Shown here one piece after another: positions 19,412-27,382 of a DNA stretch of 64,000 nt (positions are counted from its first letter, which is position 1; every line of letters starts with the position of its first letter). The stretch covers positions 515 through 64,514 of the forward strand of contig JAEEQC010000002.1 in assembly GCA_016285135.1 (NCBI GenBank), given 5' to 3'. The notes beneath the pieces are model-generated. The model had not been told where the DNA came from, did no database searches, and saw only the letters and a program-made list of their open reading frames with translations. A program made the position numbers and the translations under genes. This stretch comes from Lachnospiraceae bacterium (GTDB taxonomy: Bacteria; Bacillota; Clostridia; Lachnospirales; Lachnospiraceae).

Positions 19412-20161
19412 TTATGCTTCTTCAAGTATTTTCAGTGCCAGATCCTTATATGCAAGAGCTTCGGGGCTGTCCGGAAAAGCTTCGGCGACTGTTTTCCCCT
19501 TCTCTGCGGCTTTTGCGATAAGAGGACTGTGTTCTATGATCCCTGTGATCCTTGTATTGAAATCTTCGGCAAGCTCCTCAACCTTTTCAAGCTCCCTCTC
19601 TACATCACGTTTGTTGAGGATTATTCCGCCGAGCTTTGCGTATCCGCGACCGTGGAAACTGTCAACAGCCATGGCGATATTGGCTGCTGCATGAATGGCC
19701 ATGTTTTCACCTGAGGTTATCACATATACCGAATCGGCATAACCGCCTCTCATCGGCATCGTAAATCCTCCGCAGACAACGTCTCCGAGAACATCATAGA
19801 AAACAACATCAGGCTTATAGACGTCATAAGCACCTTTCTCGGCAAGCTTGTCGAAAGCGATAATTATCCCGCGTCCTGCACATCCTGTTCCGGGCTTGGG
19901 GCCCCCTGCTTCGACACACAGAGTCCCCGCAAAGCCTTCGGTCACCATTTCGCTCAGAGCGATGTTGTTCCCTTTTTCGCGTGAAAGGTCGAGGATAGTG
20001 CCTTCTATAGCTCCTCCCCGAAGGAGCGATGTTGAGTCCGCTTTGGGATCACAGCCGATCTGCATGACTTTCTTACCGCACAAAGCGAGTGCGGCAGCCA
20101 TGTTGGCAACTGTAGTCGATTTTCCGATTCCGCCTTTACCGTAGATAGCAATTTTCTTCAT
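19412..20161 (-). CDS. NifH/BchL/CfbC-family ATP-dependent reductase (nitrogenase iron-protein-like)
   Basis: P-loop IYGKGGIGKSTT, switch I CDPKADST, first cluster Cys CVEAGGPKPGTGCAGRGI, second cluster Cys YDVLGDVVCGGFTMPMR. 249 aa, shorter than NifH. Confidence 0.88.
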   Translation of the reverse strand: MKKIAIYGKGGIGKSTTVANMAAALALCGKKVMQIGCDPKADSTSLLRGGAIEGTILDLSREKGNNIALSEMVTEGFAGTLCVEAGGPKPGTGCAGRGIIIAFDKLAEKGAYDVYKPDVVFYDVLGDVVCGGFTMPMRGGYADSVYVITSGENMAIHAAANIAMAVDSFHGRGYAKLGGIILNKRDVERELEKVEELAEDFNTRITGIIEHSPLIAKAAEKGKTVAEAFPDSPEALAYKDLALKILEEA

Positions 20162-20188
20162 TCCGGTCCCTTCCTTATTCGTTTTAAC

Positions 20189-20983
20189 CTATTGTTCGCT
20201 TCGTTTTACGGGGATTATGTCCGTATATACACCGGCCGGTCCGTTTATGGTACCGATGACCGCATCTACCCCGTAAAATCTTCTCATATTTTCTTCTGTA
20301 ATGACGTTTTTGATGTCGTCATAGACATATGATCCGTCCATCGCGATCATAAGCGCCTTATCGGCCCAGCGTACCGCATTGCCCGGGAAATGAGTGTTAA
20401 AAATGCATGTTATCCCGTCTTTTGACAGCCTGTCTATTGTTTCAAGAACAAGAAGCTGGTTCTGATAATCGAGGTTTGCTTCGGGCTCATCAAGGATCAT
20501 GACCTTGGGATCGTTTACAATAGCCCGGGCAATGAGCACCATCTGGTACTGACCGCCGCTAAGGGCCATGCAGCTTTTGTTTGCGATACCCGTGAGTCCC
20601 ATTTTCTCAATGACTTTTTCCGCAGCTTCTTTATCGGTCTTTCCGGGAAGCGAAAAGATTGAGATATTGCCGGCTCTTCCCATAAGTATCATGTCGTAGA
20701 CGCTGATATCGGGCGGCAGGACTCTCTTCTGCGGTACATACGATAGCACTTTAAATAGCTTCTCGCTGCTTTGGGAACTGATGTCCGTGCCGTCTATCGT
20801 CGCAGTTCCTTTATCCCACTTAAGGAACCCGCACAGACAGCGAAGGAGTGTCGTCTTCCCTGCCCCGTTCTGACCCATGATCGCAAGCTTTTCTCCCGAT
20901 TGCAGATCGAAGGAAATATCCGAAAGCAGGGGTTCGCCTTTTTTATCGTATGAAAAATAGCCGTGTTCTACAGTGAGTCTCAT
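20189..20983 (-). CDS. ABC transporter ATP-binding protein (FecE/BtuD-like)
   Basis: Walker A GQNGAGKTTLL, signature LSGGQYQ, Walker B VMILDEPEANLD. The start overlaps the permease stop by 4 nt. Confidence 0.9.
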   Translation of the reverse strand: MRLTVEHGYFSYDKKGEPLLSDISFDLQSGEKLAIMGQNGAGKTTLLRCLCGFLKWDKGTATIDGTDISSQSSEKLFKVLSYVPQKRVLPPDISVYDMILMGRAGNISIFSLPGKTDKEAAEKVIEKMGLTGIANKSCMALSGGQYQMVLIARAIVNDPKVMILDEPEANLDYQNQLLVLETIDRLSKDGITCIFNTHFPGNAVRWADKALMIAMDGSYVYDDIKNVITEENMRRFYGVDAVIGTINGPAGVYTDIIPVKRSEQ

Positions 20984-22008
20984 ATGTTCTTGCCCCCTTT
21001 CCTTCTGAGCATCAGAATAAAGAAAGGTGCTCCGATGATCGCTGTGAGCACTGATATCGGGATCTCTTTTGGTGATATGGTCCTCGCAATTGTATCAACG
21101 ATCATCATAAAGCCGGCTCCGACGCTTATCGATGAGGGGATGAGCTTTACATTATTACTTCCGAAAAGCATCCTGCAAAAATGAGGAACGATAAGGCCGA
21201 CCCATCCCACCTGACCGCACATCGAAACACATGAGGCTGTGATCATTGTAGCTCCGACGATGCAGACCACGCGAAGGCGTTTGATGTTTACGCCCATGCT
21301 ACGTGCTTCGTCCTCATCGAGAGGCAAAAGATTGGTTCTGTATCTGATGAGGAAAAAGAACAAGAGACAAATGATTATCGGCGGTGCTCCAAGTGCCAAT
21401 GTACCGTATCCGGCAGAATCCATGCCTCCGAGGAGCCAGTAGGTGATCGCGGGAAGCTGCGATTCCGTATCGGCAGTGAATTTGACGAGTGAGATCAGTG
21501 CCGAGAACAGCGAACCGACCATGATACCTGCAAGTACCATGTTGATCCTGCCTTCGGGAGCAGCTTTTCCGAAAAGTGCCGTGATAACGACTGCGAGTAT
21601 TCCGAAAGCCACGGCGAGAAGCTGGATCCCGGTCATGTTAAATCCGAGAAGCATTGCGAGAACCGCTCCGAAACCGGACCCCGAAGCAACTCCGAGTGTG
21701 TCGGGTGTAGCAAGGGGATTCGAAAAGAGACCCTGAAAGATCGCGCCGCTCACTGCCAGACCCGCGCCGGCCAGAGCCGCCAAAAGGAGTCTCGGAAGTC
21801 GCATAGATCGAACGACCACATCGTTCATTCCTGCCGCTTCCTGTCCGGAAAACAGTCTGCCGATCGCACCGAATACATCATCAAGACCGATACCGATACG
21901 TCCGACAGCCAGTCCGATGATAAGCACAACAAAAGGGAACAATATAAGCAAGACCTTCGATACGATACCGGGTCTGTCCTTTACATAAGCTTTAATCTTT
22001 TCAGCCAT
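20980..22008 (-). CDS. FecCD/BtuC-family ABC permease
   Basis: RLPRLLLAALAGAGLAVSGAIFQGLFSNPLATPDTLGVASGSGFGAV is the hallmark FecCD region. Polytopic, 342 aa. Confidence 0.9.
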   Translation of the reverse strand: MAEKIKAYVKDRPGIVSKVLLILFPFVVLIIGLAVGRIGIGLDDVFGAIGRLFSGQEAAGMNDVVVRSMRLPRLLLAALAGAGLAVSGAIFQGLFSNPLATPDTLGVASGSGFGAVLAMLLGFNMTGIQLLAVAFGILAVVITALFGKAAPEGRINMVLAGIMVGSLFSALISLVKFTADTESQLPAITYWLLGGMDSAGYGTLALGAPPIIICLLFFFLIRYRTNLLPLDEDEARSMGVNIKRLRVVCIVGATMITASCVSMCGQVGWVGLIVPHFCRMLFGSNNVKLIPSSISVGAGFMMIVDTIARTISPKEIPISVLTAIIGAPFFILMLRRKGGKNI

Positions 22009-22204
22009 AAAAAAACCACCTTTATCCCTTGCTTGAAACTTCTCAAGGATACGGTGATCAAAAAAAGGAGACAGAAATAAAACCTTTCTGCTGACCTTTA
22101 ATCCGTATCTTTCGCCTTAAGTGACGTTTCGGCGTCAGGGGGATGTGAATGTATGTATTTTGTATTGCCGACTTCCCCGGCTCATAAGACTACGGAGTTG
22201 TTAC
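22009..22204 (-). promoter_or_regulatory. 196-nt structured leader / possible attenuator between the small regulator gene and the permease gene
   Basis: Minus-strand hairpin tgacg-ccgaaa-cgtca (22122-22137). A second hairpin cagaaa-ggtttta-tttctg (22072-22090) is followed after 5 nt by a T7 run (22060-22066), then RBS AAAGGTGG. No known riboswitch core recognised. Confidence 0.3.
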
Positions 22205-22450
22205 TCATGCCTTTTGATATGTGGCTTTGCAGGTAACGCCTTTAAGTCTTCCTATCGCGCCTGTCAGGGCATTGATCCTGTCCGAAGGTGCTACAACAGC
22301 AATCGCGATAATGTTGATACTTTTCTGAGGATACGGGATCCCCATTCTTCCGATCACATATTTGGCATACTCATGGAGAAGGCTGTTGAGCTCTTCCACG
22401 CTGTCAGGCTCCTCAACGATTATGCTGATCACGGCAACTCTGTCTTCCAT
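22205..22450 (-). CDS. Small ACT/NikR-C-like protein of the TM1266 family (putative iron-only hydrogenase system regulator)
   Basis: 81 aa; VAVISIIVEEPDSVEELNSLLHEYAKYVIGRMGIPY ... INALTGAIGRLKGV matches my memory of the TM1266/TIGR03959 pattern. Needs HMM confirmation. Confidence 0.6.
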   Translation of the reverse strand: MEDRVAVISIIVEEPDSVEELNSLLHEYAKYVIGRMGIPYPQKSINIIAIAVVAPSDRINALTGAIGRLKGVTCKATYQKA

Positions 22451-22511
22451 ATGAATTCCTTTCTTGCTCTGTCTCTCTGGGGTTTAACACTTGCATTGAA
22501 ACAAAGGAAAC

Positions 22512-22537
22512 AGGAGCATCGGTTTCACGATGCTCCT
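22512..22537 (-). terminator. Hairpin terminator downstream of the GH43 gene
   Basis: Perfect 10-bp stem aggagcatcg / cgatgctcct with a 6-nt loop. It is followed on the minus strand by GTTTCCTTTGTTTC. Confidence 0.6.
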
Positions 22538-22618
22538 TTAATATACTATTGCTTTTCTGTTTTGTAAAGCGTTCTGTGATCTTATTCTTTGCTTGCGAAG
22601 ATTGTTTTTTTTATTTGT

Positions 22619-24040
22619 TTATTTGCAGAATACAAACTTATCGATCTTGCAGAGCTCTCTGTTATCGAACGCATATGCCATCCAGTTCTTGCGTCCCGTC
22701 TCAACTCTGAAGTAAAGATCGTGTTTGCCGGATGTCGGAGGTATGATCACTTCGAGAACCGTGCTCACAGGTGAGATCTCGGCCTTTGCAACAGGCTCTG
22801 AGTCGGGGCTGTCAAAGTAGATGTTTATGATACCCTTCTGACCTACACCGATCTGATTGATCATGAGCTTCAAGTGATTACCGCACTCGTTTTCACCGAA
22901 ATCAAATGTTTTGAACCCGATAACACTGCCGCCGCAAATATTGGAGATCGGTCTTGTAAACACATCGAGTTCTGTGATGAACGCACCGCCCGTGAGTACA
23001 CATGCGGACTCTGCATATGTAACCTCAAAAGGTCTTAAGGAATCTGCAAATCCTCCGTGCGAAGTCATCTGTGCTTCAATGAAGGAACCGTCGGGATTCC
23101 TGAAGATCTTCTCCACACAGCCTTTTCTCGACATGATCGTGCCGTTCGTCATCTTGTGGTAGAAAATGTACCATTGATCCTTGATCTTGCAAAGAGAACC
23201 GTGGTCGTTTCCGCCCGGGAAATCCTTACCGCTGTCGATCAGCACACCCTTGTACTCAAAAGGTCCCATGGGGCTATTGGATGTTGCATAAACAAGCTGA
23301 GGACAGTTGCGGCTTGAATATATGAGATAATAAACTCCGTCGATCTTACGGGGTGAGCATGCCTCGAAGAACCTGAAAGGAGTAGCTACGGGGATGATGT
23401 CTTTCTTATAGGTGCCGGGGATGACAGTCCTCATGTCACTTGCGTCAAGCTCAACAACAAAGGAATGGAGGTATCCGCAGTAGCAATATACTCTTCCGTC
23501 ATCGTCAACAAGTACACCGGGGTCGATGAAGATCCTTTCTGTCATATCTTTTATAGCGATCTCCCACTCAGTGCCCTGCTCCTCGTCTTTCTCAACATTG
23601 GGACGTACGGGATGGGGGATGTCGAACTCTTCTCTGTGCTCTTCCATATACTTGAGCTGTGCGCTTGTATCGTACTGTCCGAGAGTCTTAAAAGGTCCTT
23701 CGGGTCTGTCGCTTACCGCAACGCATCCATAAGCGCCTTCTATATAGCAGAAAAGGTAATACTTGCCGTCCTTGCAGACAACATCCGGAGCAAAGATATG
23801 ATTGTTTGTCCAGGGTGTCTCGCTTTTGTGATCGCTGTCGTCACATGTATGGAACATATCACCGTGACATACCCAGTGCTCAAGATCGTCAACAGATGCC
23901 GACCATACTTTCATCTTGGTATCACAGAAATATTCTTCATGGGGTTTGTCGTGTGAGCCGTAGATGTAGACTCTGTCTCCGAAAACATGGGGTTCTCCGT
24001 CGGGGATATACTCCCAGCCCGGAAGGTAAGGATTAGGCAT
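22619..24040 (-). CDS. Glycoside hydrolase family 43-like (beta-xylosidase/arabinofuranosidase type) with C-terminal beta-sandwich domain
   Basis: N-terminus MPNPYLPGWEYIPDGEPHVFGDRVYIYGSHD, later FAPDVVCKDGKYYLF, DPGVLVDDDGRVY and EACSPRKIDGVYYLIYS (five-bladed propeller catalytic contexts). No signal peptide. Confidence 0.75.
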   Translation of the reverse strand: MPNPYLPGWEYIPDGEPHVFGDRVYIYGSHDKPHEEYFCDTKMKVWSASVDDLEHWVCHGDMFHTCDDSDHKSETPWTNNHIFAPDVVCKDGKYYLFCYIEGAYGCVAVSDRPEGPFKTLGQYDTSAQLKYMEEHREEFDIPHPVRPNVEKDEEQGTEWEIAIKDMTERIFIDPGVLVDDDGRVYCYCGYLHSFVVELDASDMRTVIPGTYKKDIIPVATPFRFFEACSPRKIDGVYYLIYSSRNCPQLVYATSNSPMGPFEYKGVLIDSGKDFPGGNDHGSLCKIKDQWYIFYHKMTNGTIMSRKGCVEKIFRNPDGSFIEAQMTSHGGFADSLRPFEVTYAESACVLTGGAFITELDVFTRPISNICGGSVIGFKTFDFGENECGNHLKLMINQIGVGQKGIINIYFDSPDSEPVAKAEISPVSTVLEVIIPPTSGKHDLYFRVETGRKNWMAYAFDNRELCKIDKFVFCK

Positions 24041-24129
24041 AAATAACCTCCTGCGATTAAATTAATTGCTATGTTTCAGGTGTCCTCAAGCAAAAGAAGG
24101 ATCACGCTGATTAGAATTCTCACTCACTA

Positions 24130-24168
24130 TAATAACAAAACGGTCGGAATAATCCAACCGTTTTGTTG
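24130..24168 (-). terminator. Rho-independent terminator after the GH5 gene
   Basis: 11-bp stem aacaaaacggt / accgttttgtt (24135-24145 and 24158-24168). The T-rich 3' arm and tail lie on the minus strand. Confidence 0.65.
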
Positions 24169-24193
24169 CTTATCTAATGCTTATATTTTGACA

Positions 24194-25237
24194 TCAAAGA
24201 TACTTTATCAGTTCGTCTCTTACTCCGTCGAGTCTCTCGTCTATGATACCGAAATGCATTTGTTTGTACGACCATGCCGCTCTCCCTACATTGATCTCTT
24301 CAAACGCATCGTGGATCGCCTTGAACCAGAAGAGCTCGTCCTCGGGATCAGTATACATGATGCAGCCGTACTCACCACAGTAAAGCGGTACATTAAGCTT
24401 CTCGGCGAGTGCTACAGCCGAAGAAAAGCTGGCTGTGAAGTAATCCTTTCCGAATACCGGACTGTCCGATCCGCCGGGTACAAGGATACGGTTTGCTGCG
24501 ACCCAATCCGGGAAATCATTTGCGAATTCCTTATTGATCTGCTCGTATGTCTTGTTCTTAATCGAGTACCTGTAATCCCTGGGCATCTCGCTGATCCAGT
24601 TGGCTCCCTGATGAGTGAAGATAAGCGGATCGTAGCAGTGGAATGTGTAAATGATATGATCGTCAAGCTGTATATCTAGATCGTTCAGTGACATATAGCT
24701 GTTGTTCCAGTAGCTTCCCACAACAATATCAGTCTCGGTCGTGATCTTTCTGATACGTCCGATGCAGATACGTGCGATCCTGTTCCATCTGTCGCTGTAT
24801 GACTGCTCCGTGATCTCATTAAGAAGTTCAAATGCAACTCTTCCGGACAGATGCCCAAAACGTTTAGCAATCTCCTCCCACAGCCTGTAGAAACGATCCT
24901 GAAGATCGGCTTCATCAAAGAAGCCATACTCTCCGTAGCCCAAGTCAAAAGAAAAGCCGTATACTCTGTGAAGGTCAAGGATCACATTAAGACCATACTT
25001 AAAGCAAAGAGAAATAGCATCCTCTAGGCGCTTAAAGCCGCTCTCACGATAATTACCCTTCTGGTCTTCAAGAAGATGGTAATCAAAAGGAATCCTCACA
25101 TGGTCAATACCCCATTTGGAGAAGATCTTAAAATCATCCTCCGTTATAAAGGTATCATACGTCTTTTCGGTATGGTCGTTTTGAGCGAACCAGCCTCCCA
25201 GATCGATACCCTTCTTGTAACCCTTCCAATCTCTCAT
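24194..25237 (-). CDS. Glycoside hydrolase family 5 (cellulase/mannanase-type)
   Basis: HVRIPFDY, acid/base context VAFELLNEI, nucleophile context LYCGEYGC. 347 aa, no signal peptide. Confidence 0.8.
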   Translation of the reverse strand: MRDWKGYKKGIDLGGWFAQNDHTEKTYDTFITEDDFKIFSKWGIDHVRIPFDYHLLEDQKGNYRESGFKRLEDAISLCFKYGLNVILDLHRVYGFSFDLGYGEYGFFDEADLQDRFYRLWEEIAKRFGHLSGRVAFELLNEITEQSYSDRWNRIARICIGRIRKITTETDIVVGSYWNNSYMSLNDLDIQLDDHIIYTFHCYDPLIFTHQGANWISEMPRDYRYSIKNKTYEQINKEFANDFPDWVAANRILVPGGSDSPVFGKDYFTASFSSAVALAEKLNVPLYCGEYGCIMYTDPEDELFWFKAIHDAFEEINVGRAAWSYKQMHFGIIDERLDGVRDELIKYL

Positions 25238-25300
25238 AAGTATTATTCTCCTATTCTCGCCAAAAACCTAAACGAAGTATTAGGGGCTTCTCCGACTTAT

Positions 25301-26056
25301 TTATTGTCTGTCGGAGTTATTATCATTACTGTTTATTTTCAGCAAAAAATTATGATCATTTTTTGTCAGTTCAGCTTTTTCCAAAAGATCGGGTCTGAGC
25401 CTTGCTGTTCTTTCAAGGGACTGTTCCCTGCGCCATTTTGCTATATTGGCGTGATGACCCGAAAGAAGTACTTCGGGAACGCTCATGCCCATAAAAACCT
25501 CGGGCCTTGTGTACTGCGGATATTCCAAAAGATTGCCTTCAAAGCTTTCTTCGCTTGCCGACTGATCGTTGGTGAGCACTCCGGGAACCATCCTTGAAAC
25601 AGCATCCATGATGACGACTGCGGGAAGCTCCCCACCTGTCAGTACAAAATCACCTAGCGATATCGCGTCATCGGCTTCGAGTACGATCACTCTCTCATCG
25701 ATACCTTCGTAGTGTCCGCACAAAAAGATCAGATCGTCATATTCAGCAAGTTCTTTTGCAATACTCTGGTCAAACTTCCTGCCCGAAGGAGTCATATATA
25801 TGATCCTTCCTTTTTTGTCACTGCAAAGGCTTCTTGCGTGTTCACATGCACGGTAAACGGGATCTGCCATCATAACCATTCCTGCACCGCCGCCATACGG
25901 ATAATCATCGACATGCAGATGTTTGTCTTGCGAAAAATCTCTGATATCGATAACATTTAGGTTTATAATTCCTCCCGATATTGCACGACCCGTAATGCTT
26001 GTGTTCATACATTCGCGAATCATGTCGGGAAATAGTGACAAAACTACAAAGTTCAT
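25301..26056 (-). CDS. trmD: tRNA (guanine37-N1)-methyltransferase
   Basis: VLSLFPDM ... HVDDYPYGGGAGMVM ... LICGHYEGIDERV ... SLGDFVLTGGELPA. Confidence 0.95.
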   Translation of the reverse strand: MNFVVLSLFPDMIRECMNTSITGRAISGGIINLNVIDIRDFSQDKHLHVDDYPYGGGAGMVMMADPVYRACEHARSLCSDKKGRIIYMTPSGRKFDQSIAKELAEYDDLIFLCGHYEGIDERVIVLEADDAISLGDFVLTGGELPAVVIMDAVSRMVPGVLTNDQSASEESFEGNLLEYPQYTRPEVFMGMSVPEVLLSGHHANIAKWRREQSLERTARLRPDLLEKAELTKNDHNFLLKINSNDNNSDRQ

Positions 26057-26080
26057 AAACCCTTCTCCTAATGTGAACTA

Positions 26081-26587
26081 TTATATCATACCTTTCAACA
26101 AATGAACAACAATGTTTTTTGAATTCAAATCAATTGATAAAACGCATTCTTTTGTTGATGGAATAAGGAGCTCTTTGCCGTTGTCTCTCTTAACGACATA
26201 GACATCATTAGCACATGATGTAAGTACATCCTCGAGTGTTCCCAAAACCGTTCCGTCATCATTTGTAACGGTAAATCCTAAAATGTCACATATATAATAC
26301 TCGTCCTCGCCTAGCGGCAGGGCGTCTTCTCTCTCTATCAAAATATCGGCCGATCTGTACTTTTCGGCCTGTGTTCTGTCTTCAATCCCACTGAGCGTCG
26401 CGATAACCATGTTCTTAAAGAACTTGATCCCGCCGATCTCCATCTCTTTCTGCTCTTTGTGCGTATCTATGATGACCTTTTTGAGCTTTTTGAAACGTTC
26501 GGGGTCATCTGTAGTGGGAAATATTTTAACTTCCCCTCGAATTCCGTGTGGCGATGTTATAACACCGACTCTTAATCTGTCTTCCAT
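26081..26587 (-). CDS. rimM: 16S rRNA processing protein RimM
   Basis: VGVITSPHGIRGEVKIFPTTDDPERF, PRC-barrel C-terminus, conserved position upstream of trmD. Confidence 0.9.
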   Translation of the reverse strand: MEDRLRVGVITSPHGIRGEVKIFPTTDDPERFKKLKKVIIDTHKEQKEMEIGGIKFFKNMVIATLSGIEDRTQAEKYRSADILIEREDALPLGEDEYYICDILGFTVTNDDGTVLGTLEDVLTSCANDVYVVKRDNGKELLIPSTKECVLSIDLNSKNIVVHLLKGMI

Positions 26588-26692
26588 GCAGTTCCTTTTC
26601 CCGGATCGATCATTATACTGTCGAAGAATATTTTACTTCGAAATATACTGATTAATAAAACTAATTAGACATTAAATTAACAATAACTCCAA

Positions 26693-26726
26693 AACCGTCA
26701 GACAAGAAAAATCCTGCCTGACGGTT
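26693..26726 (-). terminator. Hairpin / partial terminator between the KH gene and rimM
   Basis: 9-bp stem aaccgtcag / ctgacggtt followed on the minus strand by TTTGGAGTT. Confidence 0.45.
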
Positions 26727-26734
26727 CAGATAGA

Positions 26735-26962
26735 TCAAACGATATCTACTACAACTTTCTTATCATCCTTAGCAGCTGCAGCTTTGGCAACGGTACGTAT
26801 GGACTTTGCGATACGGCCCTGTTTTCCTATGACCTTTCCCATATCCTCCGGCGCAACCTTAAGCTCGATCACGATCGATTTATCGGTCTCTGTCTCGCTG
26901 ACAACAACCTGCTCCGGGTGATCAACAAGCGATGTAGCAATGATCTTGATTAATTCCTTCAC
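26735..26962 (-). CDS. KH-domain RNA-binding protein (YlqC family)
   Basis: 75 aa, GKVIGKQGRIAKSIRTV (GxxG KH motif), conserved between rpsP and rimM. Confidence 0.88.
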   Translation of the reverse strand: MKELIKIIATSLVDHPEQVVVSETETDKSIVIELKVAPEDMGKVIGKQGRIAKSIRTVAKAAAAKDDKKVVVDIV

Positions 26963-26980
26963 TGGCTATCACCTTCCTTG

Positions 26981-27226
26981 TTATTTTACGATGCCGGCCT
27001 TCTTGAAAAGCTTACCTACGATCTCTGTAGGCTGTGCACCGTTGTTAAGCCACTTCTTAGCTGCTTCTTCGTCGATCTTATAGTCCGAAGGTTCCTTATT
27101 GGGATCGTATGTACCGATCTCTTCGATGAATCTTCCGTCTCTGGGTGATCTCTCGTCTGCAACGATGATCCTGTAGAAAGGACTCTTCTTAGCACCCATT
27201 CTTCTAAGTCTGATCTTTACTGCCAT
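26981..27226 (-). CDS. rpsP: 30S ribosomal protein S16
   Basis: [35 protein letters not shown]. The ATG at 27226 is preceded by AGGAGG at 8 nt; the track start at 27235 lies inside the RBS. Confidence 0.95.
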   Translation of the reverse strand: MAVKIRLRRMGAKKSPFYRIIVADERSPRDGRFIEEIGTYDPNKEPSDYKIDEEAAKKWLNNGAQPTEIVGKLFKKAGIVK

Positions 27227-27312
27227 TTCTTTCACCTCCTGAATCTGATTTATTCTTTTGAAACGCTTGAACGCCTCAAATTGCCTGCCATTTTTGCCTT
27301 AAGCAGTAGGCT

Positions 27313-27340
27313 TTTATAAATTGCCATAGGCTATTTACAA
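27313..27340 (-). promoter_or_regulatory. Possible promoter for rpsP
   Basis: Minus strand reads TTGTAA, a 16-nt spacer, then TATAAA, in the 147-nt ffh-rpsP gap. Confidence 0.35.
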
Positions 27341-27382
27341 ACTCATTTAATGCATATGTGACATCTCTCTCTTAGTCACACG

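Noticed and set aside
16912-20161. A genuine nitrogen-fixation (nif) cluster
   Set aside because: No nifB/E/N/V or other maturation genes are nearby. The D/K-like subunits are about 100 aa too short. The genes are embedded in a chelate-type ABC importer operon. This fits a group IV nitrogenase-like system, not a nitrogenase.
22009-22204. Cobalamin riboswitch in front of the BtuC/FecCD-type permease
   Set aside because: I found only weak partial resemblances (GGGAAGTCGG; GGTCAGCAGAAAGG). The B12 box (…AGYCMGgAgaCCkGCC) and the GCCACTG element are not present. It is kept only as an unclassified structured leader.
22538-22600. Promoter TTTACA-17-TATATT (minus strand) for the TM1266-like gene
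   Set aside because: It lies upstream of the strong 10-bp hairpin at 22512-22537, which looks like the GH43 terminator. Transcripts from it would run straight into that hairpin. I could not decide between an attenuator and coincidence, so I did not report it as a feature.
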